NCBI GenBank assembly: GCA_034521595.1 | Contig: JAXHMG010000003.1 | Location: forward strand, 1,696,001 to 1,760,000 | Reading direction: 5' to 3' | DNA: 64,000 nt | From: Gemmatimonadota bacterium | GTDB lineage: Bacteria; Gemmatimonadota; Gemmatimonadetes; Longimicrobiales; Gaopeijiaceae | Part shown: positions 19,390-28,615 of the stretch, one piece after another | How the letters are laid out: every line of letters starts with the position of its first letter | How positions within the stretch are numbered: position 1 is the first letter of the stretch | Made by a program: the position numbers and the translations under genes | The notes under the pieces: model-generated | The model's input: only the letters and a program-made list of their open reading frames with translations | What the model was told of the DNA's origin: nothing | Databases searched by the model: none

Positions 19390-21131
19390 CCTTCCTCCCG
19401 GAGCGCCCGGTTCACATTGCTGCGCACCACCGGATCCTCGTCTTCCAGTGCCTCCCGAAGCGCGGTCGCCGCATCCTCACTCCCCACGCGGCCGAGCCCC
19501 AGCGCCGCGGCGGCCCGCACTTCGCTGGGCGCCCGCTTTCCGAGGAAGCCCTTCCCGTTCAGCAGCTTGTCGAGCACCCGAACCGCGCCCTCTCCGGCCA
19601 CGGTTCCATACGCCTCGAAGACCGCCACCTTTTCCCCGATATCGGCATTCCGGATCACTTTGCCGTCCACGATGCCGCCGAGTGTCTCGGCGGCAGGGCC
19701 GTAACGGAGCGTGCCCAGGGCCCGCGCGGCGGCGACCCGGACGTCCCGGTCGGGATCGTCGAGCGCATGTTCGAGCGCTCCCGCCACCGTCGAAGCGCGC
19801 AGGCTGATCGCCGCTTCCACGGCCGCCAGCCGCACCGACGGAGCGTCATGGGTGAGAAGCCGCGCCAACGCGGGCCCGGCTTCGGTAACTTGAAGGTCAC
19901 CCACCAGCCGTGCCGCCCCGGCCGCCACGACAGCGTCCTCCTCCTCCTCGAGGAGAGCCAGAACCGCCGAGCGATTCCTGTTCGCGATACCCTGGATCGC
20001 CGCCCGGAGCACCGACCGCAGCTCCTTGTGATCCACCGTTTCCGTGGCGTGGAGAAGCGGCGCGAGCGCTGTCCCGCGCAGGTGGCTCAGGAAATGACCG
20101 AGCTGCGCCGGCGTGGCCCGAATCGTTCCGTCGTAAAGCGCCTTGATGAGCTCCTCCAGGGTCTCCTGCTCGCTCACCCCATCGAGAAGGTCCCGAAGCG
20201 CGGACGCTCCGTGCTCGTCGAGCACTCCCTCCCGACGCTCCAGAGCGCGAAGCTCTTCGAGCACCCGGGTCGCGGCCACGATCGCGCCCCGGCTCAGGAA
20301 ATTCGGGAGGAGGGTGGAGAGGATCTGCAGGATCTCGACCTGGCGCTCGCGATCATCGCGCTCCTCGAGGCGGTCGAGCAGAGCCGAAAGAACGTCGTCG
20401 CGCGTGTCCCTCGCCATCTCCTTGCGGACTTCCGCGCGAAGGGTCTCCATCTCGCGGGGATCGAGCGCATAGAGCGTCGGGTTGAAGTCGTCCTGCTTCA
20501 CCGTCTGGGGCGCCGCGGACTCGTCCGCATCCGCCTCACCGTCGCCCTCCGCTTCCTCGTCCTGCTCGTCCTCGGCGACGAGAACCGCCTGCATCTCCTC
20601 ACCCGTGTTTCCGCTCCCCGGCTCCGGAAGCGCCACGCCTTCGGTCATGAGGTCCACGTACCGATAGGAGAGGAAGCGTAGATCTTCCTCCCACAGCACG
20701 GTGAGGAGATCGTCCCCTTCCGGCACGAGCTTCCGCGCTCGCTGCAAGACGCTCAGGAAGCGCTCGAGCTCCTCTCCTTCGATTCCCGGCAGAAGCGTGA
20801 TCTCACGAACGCCGTCCTTGAAGAAGAGAAACGCCAGCGAGTCCGCGCGGGAATCCGACCGGTAGACCTCGTGACCCTCGAGGAAGAGATGGTCCTCGTC
20901 CACGGTCACCACGATCCGGTCCATTTCACCCCAGAGGCGCTGGAACTCGGACCTCAGGCCCTCCAGAAAACGCCTCCGGACCGGATTGTTGTCGTCGTAG
21001 AGCTGGTATGCTCGGAACGCCTTCCCGAGCGTGACGAAGAGCTGCCGTACGTCGTCGACCGGGAGCTCGTCTTCCCACTGAAGACCGTCCACGTCCGGTG
21101 CCGTTCCGTCCTGCGGGTCCAGCTCGCTCAA
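19386..21131 (-). CDS. HEAT-repeat (PBS lyase-like) protein with an unnamed N-terminal domain
   Basis: C-terminal repeats (VRLAAVEAA, DPDRDVRVAAARALG, EVRAAAALGLG, DEDPVVRSNV) and an acidic linker; TTG start after GGAG. Confidence 0.88.
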   Translation of the reverse strand: MSELDPQDGTAPDVDGLQWEDELPVDDVRQLFVTLGKAFRAYQLYDDNNPVRRRFLEGLRSEFQRLWGEMDRIVVTVDEDHLFLEGHEVYRSDSRADSLAFLFFKDGVREITLLPGIEGEELERFLSVLQRARKLVPEGDDLLTVLWEEDLRFLSYRYVDLMTEGVALPEPGSGNTGEEMQAVLVAEDEQDEEAEGDGEADADESAAPQTVKQDDFNPTLYALDPREMETLRAEVRKEMARDTRDDVLSALLDRLEERDDRERQVEILQILSTLLPNFLSRGAIVAATRVLEELRALERREGVLDEHGASALRDLLDGVSEQETLEELIKALYDGTIRATPAQLGHFLSHLRGTALAPLLHATETVDHKELRSVLRAAIQGIANRNRSAVLALLEEEEDAVVAAGAARLVGDLQVTEAGPALARLLTHDAPSVRLAAVEAAISLRASTVAGALEHALDDPDRDVRVAAARALGTLRYGPAAETLGGIVDGKVIRNADIGEKVAVFEAYGTVAGEGAVRVLDKLLNGKGFLGKRAPSEVRAAAALGLGRVGSEDAATALREALEDEDPVVRSNVNRALREEG

Positions 21132-21143
21132 GGGATCATCTCC

Positions 21144-22316
21144 CTACAGGAGGGAGCCCCGGCCTTCGACGCGCGCGACGTGGGCGACATCCTTGTCGCC
21201 GCGCCCCGAGAGCGAGATGAGAACGGGGCCGTCGTACGACCCGCCGTCTTGCAACACGTGCGCCACGGCATGCGCCGACTCGAGGGCGGGAATGATGCCC
21301 TCGAGCTCGGCGAGTCGATGAAATGCGGCCAGTGCCTGATCGTCGGTGACACTCGTGTAGGTCGCCCGTCCGGAGTCCTTCAGGAACGAATGTTCGGGTC
21401 CTACGCCCGGATAGTCGAGGCCCGCCGACACGGAGTGCGCCGGAGCCACCTGACCGTCCACGTCCTGGAGAAGATAGCTCAGCGAGCCATGCAGAACACC
21501 CGGCCTGCCCGCCGCGAGTGAAGCCGAGTGCCTTCCGCTTTCAATGCTTTCGCCGGCCGCCTCCACACCGAGCAGCTCGACATCCTCGTCGGGAACGAAG
21601 GGATGGAAGATGCCCATCGCGTTCGATCCGCCGCCGACACATGCGACGACGACCTCGGGTAGCCGGCCCGCCACCTCGAGCATCTGAGAACGGGCTTCTT
21701 CCCCGATGACGGCCTGGAAGTCCCGGACCATGCGCGGGAAGGGATCGGGTCCCACGACCGAGCCGATGATGTAGTGCGTGGACGCCACGTTCGTGACCCA
21801 GTCGCGGATGGCCTCGTTCGTCGCGTCCTTCAGGGTTCGGGTGCCGGAAGCCACCGGACGCACCTCGGCTCCGAGCAGCTCCATACGGTACACGTTGAGC
21901 GCCTGCCGCTCGACATCTTCTTCGCCCATGTAGACCACGCAGTCGAGGTCGAACAGCGCGCACGCGGTCGCCGTCGCGACCCCGTGCTGTCCCGCCCCCG
22001 TCTCGGCGATGATCCGTCGCTTCCCCATGCGGCGCGCGAGCAACGCCTGACCCACCGTGTTGTTGATCTTGTGGGCCCCCGTGTGATTCAGGTCCTCGCG
22101 CTTGAGGTACACCGCGTCGTTACCCGACGCCTCGCCCAGGCGGCCGGCGTGGTACAAAGGAGTGGGGCGGCCCACGTAGTCGCGCAGCAGAGCCCGAAGC
22201 TCGTCGGCGAAGGCCGTGTCCCGACACGCGGCTTCGTATGCCGCCGCCACTTCCTCGAGCGCCTTCGTCAGCGTCTCCGGTACGTACCGCCCGCCGTATG
22301 CCCCGAATCGGGTCAT
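21144..22316 (-). CDS. trpB: Tryptophan synthase beta subunit
   Basis: [48 protein letters not shown]. Confidence 0.98.
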   Translation of the reverse strand: MTRFGAYGGRYVPETLTKALEEVAAAYEAACRDTAFADELRALLRDYVGRPTPLYHAGRLGEASGNDAVYLKREDLNHTGAHKINNTVGQALLARRMGKRRIIAETGAGQHGVATATACALFDLDCVVYMGEEDVERQALNVYRMELLGAEVRPVASGTRTLKDATNEAIRDWVTNVASTHYIIGSVVGPDPFPRMVRDFQAVIGEEARSQMLEVAGRLPEVVVACVGGGSNAMGIFHPFVPDEDVELLGVEAAGESIESGRHSASLAAGRPGVLHGSLSYLLQDVDGQVAPAHSVSAGLDYPGVGPEHSFLKDSGRATYTSVTDDQALAAFHRLAELEGIIPALESAHAVAHVLQDGGSYDGPVLISLSGRGDKDVAHVARVEGRGSLL

Positions 22317-22990
22317 GATGACCGCATTCCTGAATGAAGTCTCGTCTCGGCGATGAACCGCCGCACCTTTTCCCGGTCCTTCCTCCCCGGCTCACCCTCG
22401 ACGCCCGAGGAGACATCCACCACGTCCGGCCGAAAGCGGGTGATCGCTCGGCCGACCGAATCGGGCTTCAACCCGCCCGCGAGCACGAAGGTCAGGTGGG
22501 CCGGAATGCTCGCACGCACACGTTCCGGATCGAGGGCGAGGCGCGCTCCGCCACCTCCCGTGACCCCGGCCTTCCAGCCTTCTATGAGCAAGCCGTCGAC
22601 CCAATCTCCGTAATCTAGCACCGCACGGGCCACGTCCTCGACCGCTCGAGCACGCACGGCCTTCCAAACGGTCCAGGAACCGGCTTCCCGGATCGCACGA
22701 GCCACATCCGGCGGTTCTTCCCCGTGAAGCTGAACCACGGCGGCTTCGGCCCCCTCGGCCAGCGCGACTGCTCTGCCCGGTCGCTCGTCGACCAGAACGG
22801 CCACCCGTGACGGAGCCAGCCCCCGCACCAAGTCCGGGATCTCCGCTTCGGGCACCGACCGCCCGAAACCGGAACTCAGGATGAAGCCGACGAAGTCCGC
22901 CCCGAGCTCCTCCGCGACGAGCGCATCCTCGCGCCGCGTCACGCCACAGATCTTCACCCGTGGCCCAGCCGTGTCGGCCTCACGTCTCAC
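22313..22990 (-). CDS. trpF: Phosphoribosylanthranilate isomerase
   Basis: [28 protein letters not shown]; start uncertain (22990 or 23011). Confidence 0.93.
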   Translation of the reverse strand: MRREADTAGPRVKICGVTRREDALVAEELGADFVGFILSSGFGRSVPEAEIPDLVRGLAPSRVAVLVDERPGRAVALAEGAEAAVVQLHGEEPPDVARAIREAGSWTVWKAVRARAVEDVARAVLDYGDWVDGLLIEGWKAGVTGGGGARLALDPERVRASIPAHLTFVLAGGLKPDSVGRAITRFRPDVVDVSSGVEGEPGRKDREKVRRFIAETRLHSGMRSS

Positions 22991-23807
22991 TGCGCCGGCT
23001 CCTTGCGACACCCGAAAACGCGTACGCCGCGGCCGTCGGGTCGGAAGCGCGCAAGAGCGTCTCTCCGACCAAGATCGCGTCCACGCCCGCAGCGCCGAGG
23101 CGTTCGACGTCCTCGACGGACCGGATACCGCTCTCCGACACGATCACGGCTCCCGCCGGAGCGTCGTCCAGAAGTCGACACGTGGTCGCCAAGTCGGAAG
23201 TAAAGGTCGACAGGTCACGGTTGTTGATGCCCACCAGATCGGCCCCGAGGTGCGTCGCCCGAGCCAGCTCGGCTGCGTCGTGCACCTCGACGAGCACGTC
23301 CATGCCCAGCGCCCGTGCTTCGGAGTGCAGGGTCCGAAGGTCCTCGTCGGAGAGAATCCTGGCGATGAGGAGCACGGCGTCCGCCCCCTCCCCACGAGCT
23401 TCCAGGATCTGGAGCGGGCTCAGCGTGAAATCCTTGCGCAGGATCGGGATGGAGGTCGCTCGACGCACGTCGGCCAAGTCCTCGAGGGAGCCGCCGAAAT
23501 ACGGACCGTCGGTCAGCACGCTGAGGGCGCGGGCCCCCGCACGCTCGTATCCCGTCGTCAACACGACGGGATCGAGGTCGGGACGGATCTCCCCCGCCCC
23601 GGGCGAGCGCCGCTTGCACTCGGCGATCAAGGAAACGTCGTCGGGGCTCTCGAGCGCGGCCCGGAATCCGCGGAGCGGTGGCGCATCCTCCAACTTCCGC
23701 TCGATCCCGGCACGTCGCGATTGGAGCCGCTCCACCTCCTCCCATTTCGTCCGGACGATGGACGCCAGCACTCCGGGCAACGCTTCGGCGCCTTGCGATT
23801 CCGGCAA
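22980..23807 (-). CDS. trpC: Indole-3-glycerol phosphate synthase
   Basis: IAECKRRSP, SVLTD, LRKDF, GINNRDL, VSESGI, LVGE. Start is TTG 23807 or 23780; the upstream part of the track ORF is antisense to lexA. Confidence 0.95.
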   Translation of the reverse strand: MPESQGAEALPGVLASIVRTKWEEVERLQSRRAGIERKLEDAPPLRGFRAALESPDDVSLIAECKRRSPGAGEIRPDLDPVVLTTGYERAGARALSVLTDGPYFGGSLEDLADVRRATSIPILRKDFTLSPLQILEARGEGADAVLLIARILSDEDLRTLHSEARALGMDVLVEVHDAAELARATHLGADLVGINNRDLSTFTSDLATTCRLLDDAPAGAVIVSESGIRSVEDVERLGAAGVDAILVGETLLRASDPTAAAYAFSGVARSRRSET

Positions 23808-23824
23808 CGTTCTCGTATCCTTGC

Positions 23825-23840
23825 TTCGGTTCTTGTTCGG
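23825..23840. promoter_or_regulatory. Candidate LexA operator, direct repeat TTCGG-N6-TTCGG
   Basis: TTCGGttcttgTTCGG with an 11-bp period, 27 nt upstream of the lexA ATG in the trpC/lexA divergent gap. Confidence 0.6.
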
Positions 23841-23867
23841 GTTTCCCGGTGCCCTGGGAGGGCTCTC

Positions 23868-24476
23868 ATGCCGCTCACGAAGCGACAGAAAGAAATTCTG
23901 GACTACATGACCACGTTCATCGACGAACGTGGTTACGCACCCAGCTTCGAGGAAATCGCGGAGTCCTTCGGCTATGGCTCGCTCGCCACCGTCCACGAGC
24001 ACCTCAGCAATCTGGAACGCAAGGGTTACATAAGGAAGTCCTACAACGAGAGCCGTTCGGTCGAGCTGGTGTCCCAGCCGTCGCACCACTCCGCCATCGA
24101 CCTCCCGCTGCTCGGCGCCGTGGCCGCCGGACTCCCGATCGAAGCCATCGAGGACCAGGAGACGCTCGCCGTGCCGCCGGACATGGTTCGGCGCCGCAAA
24201 GACAACTACGTCCTCCGCGTCGAAGGCAACTCGATGATCGAAGAGCAGATCCGCGACGGCGACTACATCGTCGTCCAGTCACAGGAAACGGCGGAGGACG
24301 GCCAGATGGTCGTGGCGCTGCTCGACGGCGAAGCGGCCACCGTGAAGAAGCTCTACCGGGAAGGGGACAGCCGCATCCGCCTCCAGCCGGCGAATCCCAC
24401 GATGGCGCCCATCATCGCCGACGCGCGTGACGTCCGGATCCAGGGCGTGGTCGTGGGTGTCATCCGGAAGTACTGA
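23868..24476 (+). CDS. lexA: SOS repressor LexA (202 aa)
   Basis: LTKRQKEIL, GYAPSFEEIA, LERKGYI, Ala-Gly cleavage site VAAG, catalytic GNSM and TVKK; start ATG 23868 after GGAGG. Confidence 0.97.
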   Translation: MPLTKRQKEILDYMTTFIDERGYAPSFEEIAESFGYGSLATVHEHLSNLERKGYIRKSYNESRSVELVSQPSHHSAIDLPLLGAVAAGLPIEAIEDQETLAVPPDMVRRRKDNYVLRVEGNSMIEEQIRDGDYIVVQSQETAEDGQMVVALLDGEAATVKKLYREGDSRIRLQPANPTMAPIIADARDVRIQGVVVGVIRKY

Positions 24477-24494
24477 AGCCCGGAGGTCTCCAGC

Positions 24495-25529
24495 TCAACC
24501 GGCGGTCGCGTCCCGAAGCCGCTCGAGTGACGCTCGCGCCCTCCCCTCGTCGATCGACGCTTCCGCGACCCGTACTCCTTCATTCCAGTCGGTGACGAGC
24601 CCCGCCGCGAGCAACGCGGCGGCCGCGTTCAGCACGACCGCCGTCCGAGCGGATCCTTCGACTCCAGCGAGCACCCCTTCGATAACGCGGGCATTGTCGG
24701 CGGGCTCGCCACCCTCCAGCCCACCCGGTCCTCCACGCTCGAGCCCCACCGACTCCGGCGTCACTTCGTACTCCCGCACCCCTCCCTCGCCGAGCTCGGC
24801 GACGCGGGTCGCGCCCATGGGGCTCACCTCGTCGACCCCGGGCTCCCCGTGCACGACGAGCGCGCTTCGGTGGCCCAGCTCCGCGAGCGCCCCGGAGAGC
24901 AGTGGAATCAAGCGCGGATCAGAGACTCCGACCACCTGGCGCGTGGCACCCGCGGGATTGGTGAGCGGGCCGAGAAGGTTCATGATCGTCGGGATTCCGA
25001 GCGCGCGTCTGACGGAAGCGACGTGACGCATCGCCGGATGCAGAAGGGGCGCGAACATGAAGACGATCCCGACGTCGTGGAGCACCTCGCTCATCCGCTC
25101 GGGGGAGAGGTCGATGCGTACCCCCAGCGCTTCCAGCACGTCCGCGCTCCCGCTCCTGGATGTGAACGAGCGGTTCCCGTGCTTCGCCACGCGCGCGCCC
25201 GCGCCCGCCGCCACGAGCGCCGCCGCCGTGGAAATGTTGAACGTGGTCAGCGAGCCTCCGCCGGTTCCCGCCGTGTCGACGAGAGTGGCGGCTTCACCCC
25301 CGTGGACGGGGACCATCGCCTTTCGCAGCGCACGCACGCCACCCGCGACCTCGCTCGGAGCCACGCCTTTGGCGCCCAGCCCCATGAGAAGCGCCGCTGT
25401 CTCGGCTTCCGAGACGGAACCCGACATGATGCGGTCGAACGCCGCCTCCGCCTCATCGGGGCTCAGGTCCCGGCGGTCCGCGATCGACTCGAGGAAAAAA
25501 GCGAACTCTTGGGCGGGCAAATCACGCAC
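24495..25529 (-). CDS. trpD: Anthranilate phosphoribosyltransferase
   Basis: DTAGTGG, FNIST, KHGNRS, SGSADVLEALG, NLLGPLTNP; GTG 25529 after GGAG. Confidence 0.96.
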   Translation of the reverse strand: MRDLPAQEFAFFLESIADRRDLSPDEAEAAFDRIMSGSVSEAETAALLMGLGAKGVAPSEVAGGVRALRKAMVPVHGGEAATLVDTAGTGGGSLTTFNISTAAALVAAGAGARVAKHGNRSFTSRSGSADVLEALGVRIDLSPERMSEVLHDVGIVFMFAPLLHPAMRHVASVRRALGIPTIMNLLGPLTNPAGATRQVVGVSDPRLIPLLSGALAELGHRSALVVHGEPGVDEVSPMGATRVAELGEGGVREYEVTPESVGLERGGPGGLEGGEPADNARVIEGVLAGVEGSARTAVVLNAAAALLAAGLVTDWNEGVRVAEASIDEGRARASLERLRDATAG

Positions 25530-25566
25530 GAGGGTCTTCTCCGAGGAGGAAAGAGTGAAGCCTGAA

Positions 25567-25596
25567 ATGCTAATGTGCAAGCGCCTTTTGGGTCAA
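25567..25596 (-). promoter_or_regulatory. Sigma70-type promoter for trpD
   Basis: Minus strand TTGACC-N18-TAGCAT in an AT-richer intergenic gap. Confidence 0.6.
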
Positions 25597-25617
25597 TCAC
25601 CCAGCGAATCGCGTCGC

Positions 25618-25645
25618 TTGACAGACCCCGCTCCGGATCTACCTT
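25618..25645 (+). promoter_or_regulatory. Sigma70-type promoter for the truA operon (probably leaderless)
   Basis: TTGACA-N16-TACCTT; the GTG start of truA is 7 nt after the -10 element. Confidence 0.7.
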
Positions 25646-25651
25646 TCCGCA

Positions 25652-26458
25652 GTGGATCCCTCCGACACGACACGGCTGAAACTCACCGTGCATTACGACG
25701 GTTCGGCCTTTCACGGCTGGCAATACCAACCGGATCAGCGCACGGTCCAGGGTGAGCTCCAAGCGACCCTCAGCCGACTTGCGGACAGCCCTCGCGTGGC
25801 CGTGGGTTCCGGCCGGACCGACGCGGGCGTTCACGCCACGGGACAGGTCGCATCCGTCGACATGCCCGCACGTTGGGACGCTCCGACGCTTCGAAAGGCG
25901 CTGAACGCGACGTTACCCTCCGACATCTGGATCCAGTCCGCCGAGGTCGCCCCGGCCCGTTTCCACCCTCGGTTCGATGCAATCGCCCGCACCTACCGCT
26001 ACGACGTGGGTACCGCGAGCCTCGCCGCGTCGCCCTTTCACAGCCGCTGGTGCTGGGTCGTGCCGAGCGTGCTCGATGTCGACCTCATGCGACGTGCCGC
26101 GCAGCGCATCGTCGGCAACCACTCGTTTCGCGCGTTCGCCAAGAGTGGACAGCCCGAGCGGGGCGACCGATGCTCGGTGCACCGGGCCGAATGGACCGAG
26201 TGGTCGCTGGGTCACCGCTTCCAAATCACCGCGGACCGGTATCTTCACCATATGGTCCGCTACCTCGTCGGCACCATGGTCGACATAGGACGAGGGAAGC
26301 GACCGCTCGAGGAGCTCGATGAGCTGCTGGCGGGCGCCCCCCACGTACAAACTTCCCCTCCGGCTCCTCCGGAGGGGCTCTTCCTCGCGCTTGTGGAGTA
26401 TCCTTTCAGCCCCTCCACGGCCGCACCGAAGCTTTCCGGGAGCAACACCGAAACATGA
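25652..26458 (+). CDS. truA: tRNA pseudouridine(38-40) synthase
   Basis: YDGSAFHGWQ, GRTDAGVHA, FHPRFDA, HHMVRYLVG, APPEGLFL. Confidence 0.96.
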   Translation: MDPSDTTRLKLTVHYDGSAFHGWQYQPDQRTVQGELQATLSRLADSPRVAVGSGRTDAGVHATGQVASVDMPARWDAPTLRKALNATLPSDIWIQSAEVAPARFHPRFDAIARTYRYDVGTASLAASPFHSRWCWVVPSVLDVDLMRRAAQRIVGNHSFRAFAKSGQPERGDRCSVHRAEWTEWSLGHRFQITADRYLHHMVRYLVGTMVDIGRGKRPLEELDELLAGAPHVQTSPPAPPEGLFLALVEYPFSPSTAAPKLSGSNTET

Positions 26459-27111
26459 AGATCTTCTTGGATACCGCCGACCTCGACGAGATTCGTCGGG
26501 CGACCGACGCCAACCTCATCGACGGAATCACGACCAACCCTTCCCTGGTCTCCAAGGTCGCGGGTGATCGTGATCCCAAAGACATCTACCTCGAAATCTG
26601 CGGGTCCGTCGACGGACCCGTCAGCCTGGAGGTCGTGGGCGTCGACCGGGACGCCATGGTCGAGGAAGGCAGGAAGCTCGCCGCGATCCACGAAAACGCC
26701 GTGGTGAAGGTGCCGCTCACCGAAGACGGCCTCAAAGCTTGCCGGGACCTCGTGAGCGACGGACACAAGGTCAACGTGACGCTCTGTTTCTCGGTCTCGC
26801 AGGCGCTGTTGGCCGCGAAGGCCGGTGCGACGTACGTCTCACCGTTCGTGGGTCGCATCGACGACATCTCCGGCGAAGGCATGCAGTTGATCCAGCAGAT
26901 CCGTCAGGTGTACGACAACTACGGCTTCGAGACCGAGATCCTCGCCGCCTCGCTCCGCCATCCGATGCACGTGGTGGAATGCATGCTGGTCGGGGCCGAC
27001 TGCTGCACCCTTCCGCCCGCGGTGCTCTGGCAGCTGGGGAAGCATCCGCTCACGGACCGGGGACTCGAGAAGTTCCTGGCCGATTGGGACAAGCTCGACG
27101 CGCAAATCTGA
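26455..27111 (+). CDS. tal: Transaldolase (small TalC/FSA-like family)
   Basis: GITTNPSL, VVKVP (Schiff-base Lys). SLEV (Glu) and SPFVGR (Phe) indicate transaldolase rather than FSA, which has Gln/Tyr. Confidence 0.9.
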   Translation: MKIFLDTADLDEIRRATDANLIDGITTNPSLVSKVAGDRDPKDIYLEICGSVDGPVSLEVVGVDRDAMVEEGRKLAAIHENAVVKVPLTEDGLKACRDLVSDGHKVNVTLCFSVSQALLAAKAGATYVSPFVGRIDDISGEGMQLIQQIRQVYDNYGFETEILAASLRHPMHVVECMLVGADCCTLPPAVLWQLGKHPLTDRGLEKFLADWDKLDAQI

Positions 27112-27145
27112 GGAAAACCGCCCGCCTCATCGCGGGGATGGCCAC

Positions 27146-28615
27146 ATGATGAAAATCCGAATCCGGTCGCTGGTCGCGCTCTCGGTGCTCGCTTGTGCGG
27201 GATGCCACGGCGCGGACAACACGGTCGACCAGGAACCCGACCGCGGATCGGCGTTCGCCGCGGAAGCCGGGCTGGCCCAGTCGGGAGTGGCCCGCGCACC
27301 CCGGTCGGCTCGTGGCGTCTCGGACTCCGTGGACGTGAGTCGCAGAACGGCCATCGTGCGCGCCGCGAACCGTGTGGCGCCGGCCGTCGTCAGCATCAAC
27401 GTCATGCGTACGCAGCGTGTTCAGCCGCGGAGCGCGTGGGAGAGCTTCTTCCTTCCTCCCGGTGCCCAGCGAAGGAGCACGGGATTCGGCTCCGGCGTCA
27501 TCGTTCGGGTCGATGGAGCCGAGGGGATCGTCCTCACCAACGACCACGTCATCCGTGACGCCTCGCGGATCCAGGTGTCGCTTCCCGACGGACGAGACTT
27601 CGAAGCGGAGCTCGTCGGCACGGACCCCGTCGCCGACGTGGCGGTCCTCCGCATCGAAGGAGCGGATCTGCCGGTGGCGCCGGTGAGCTCGGTCGAGGAC
27701 GTCATGATCGGGGAGTGGGCCCTCGCGATCGGGAACCCGCTCGGAAACTACGCCACCGACGCCGAGCCCACCGTCACGGCCGGGGTCATCTCCGCCGTCG
27801 ACCGGAACATCGTTCCGTCGTCCGACAGCCGGGGGTTCTACTTCGGCATGATCCAGACCGACGCCTCCGTGAATCCGGGCAACTCCGGGGGGCCTCTGGT
27901 GAACGCGCTCGGTGAGATCATCGGGATCAACGCGTCCATCATCTCCCGGAGCGGCGGGAGCGAAGGGCTCGGATTCGCGATCCCCATCGATCGGGCCCTG
28001 CAGATCGCCGATGACCTCACGCGCTATGGAGAGATCCGGCGCGCATGGGTCGGCGTCGACGTGGAGCCGGTCGACGCGGACGTCTGGGGCCGCACACGCG
28101 GCGTCCGGATCAGCCGGGTCGCGCCGGACTCCCCGGCGGATGACGCGGGCCTCGAAGTCGGGGACCGACTGCTGCGGGGGAACGACCGTGCGCTCACGGG
28201 TCCGTTGGACTTCGAAGGGTTGGTGCTGGATCTCCGCGCGGAGGACCGCCTCGTGCTCGAAGTGGAGGGCCGAAGTGAACCGGTCAGGCTCGTGGCGGCG
28301 CCCTTCCCCTCCGTCACCGCCGAGCGGGTGCGGGTTCTGAGCGATATCGAGCTGATCACCGTCACACCGCAAATCCAGGTGGAACGGAACCTGACGAGCG
28401 CCGACGGGGCGCTCGTCACGGAGATCCCGAGCGAGCTCCAGAGCCAGCTCGGGCTCAGGCCGGGCGACGTGATCGTGCAGGTCAACCGGACCCGCATCCG
28501 TAGCGCGGAGGACGCCGCCAGGGCGTTCGAAGCCGTTCGAGGATCCGGCCGGATCGCCCTCTACTTCGAGCGGAACGGAGATTACAACATGCGCAACTTC
28601 TACTGGAGTGGATGA
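27146..28615 (+). CDS. HtrA/DegP-like serine protease with two PDZ domains; probable lipoprotein
   Basis: TNDHV, DVAVL, TDASVNPGNSGGPL triad; PDZ domains; lipobox-like LACAGC. Confidence 0.93.
   Translation: MMKIRIRSLVALSVLACAGCHGADNTVDQEPDRGSAFAAEAGLAQSGVARAPRSARGVSDSVDVSRRTAIVRAANRVAPAVVSINVMRTQRVQPRSAWESFFLPPGAQRRSTGFGSGVIVRVDGAEGIVLTNDHVIRDASRIQVSLPDGRDFEAELVGTDPVADVAVLRIEGADLPVAPVSSVEDVMIGEWALAIGNPLGNYATDAEPTVTAGVISAVDRNIVPSSDSRGFYFGMIQTDASVNPGNSGGPLVNALGEIIGINASIISRSGGSEGLGFAIPIDRALQIADDLTRYGEIRRAWVGVDVEPVDADVWGRTRGVRISRVAPDSPADDAGLEVGDRLLRGNDRALTGPLDFEGLVLDLRAEDRLVLEVEGRSEPVRLVAAPFPSVTAERVRVLSDIELITVTPQIQVERNLTSADGALVTEIPSELQSQLGLRPGDVIVQVNRTRIRSAEDAARAFEAVRGSGRIALYFERNGDYNMRNFYWSG

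Noticed and set aside
22881-24476. 531-aa LexA with a long N-terminal extension
   Set aside because: The extension is antisense to trpC. The real start is ATG 23868 after GGAGG, which gives a normal 202-aa LexA.
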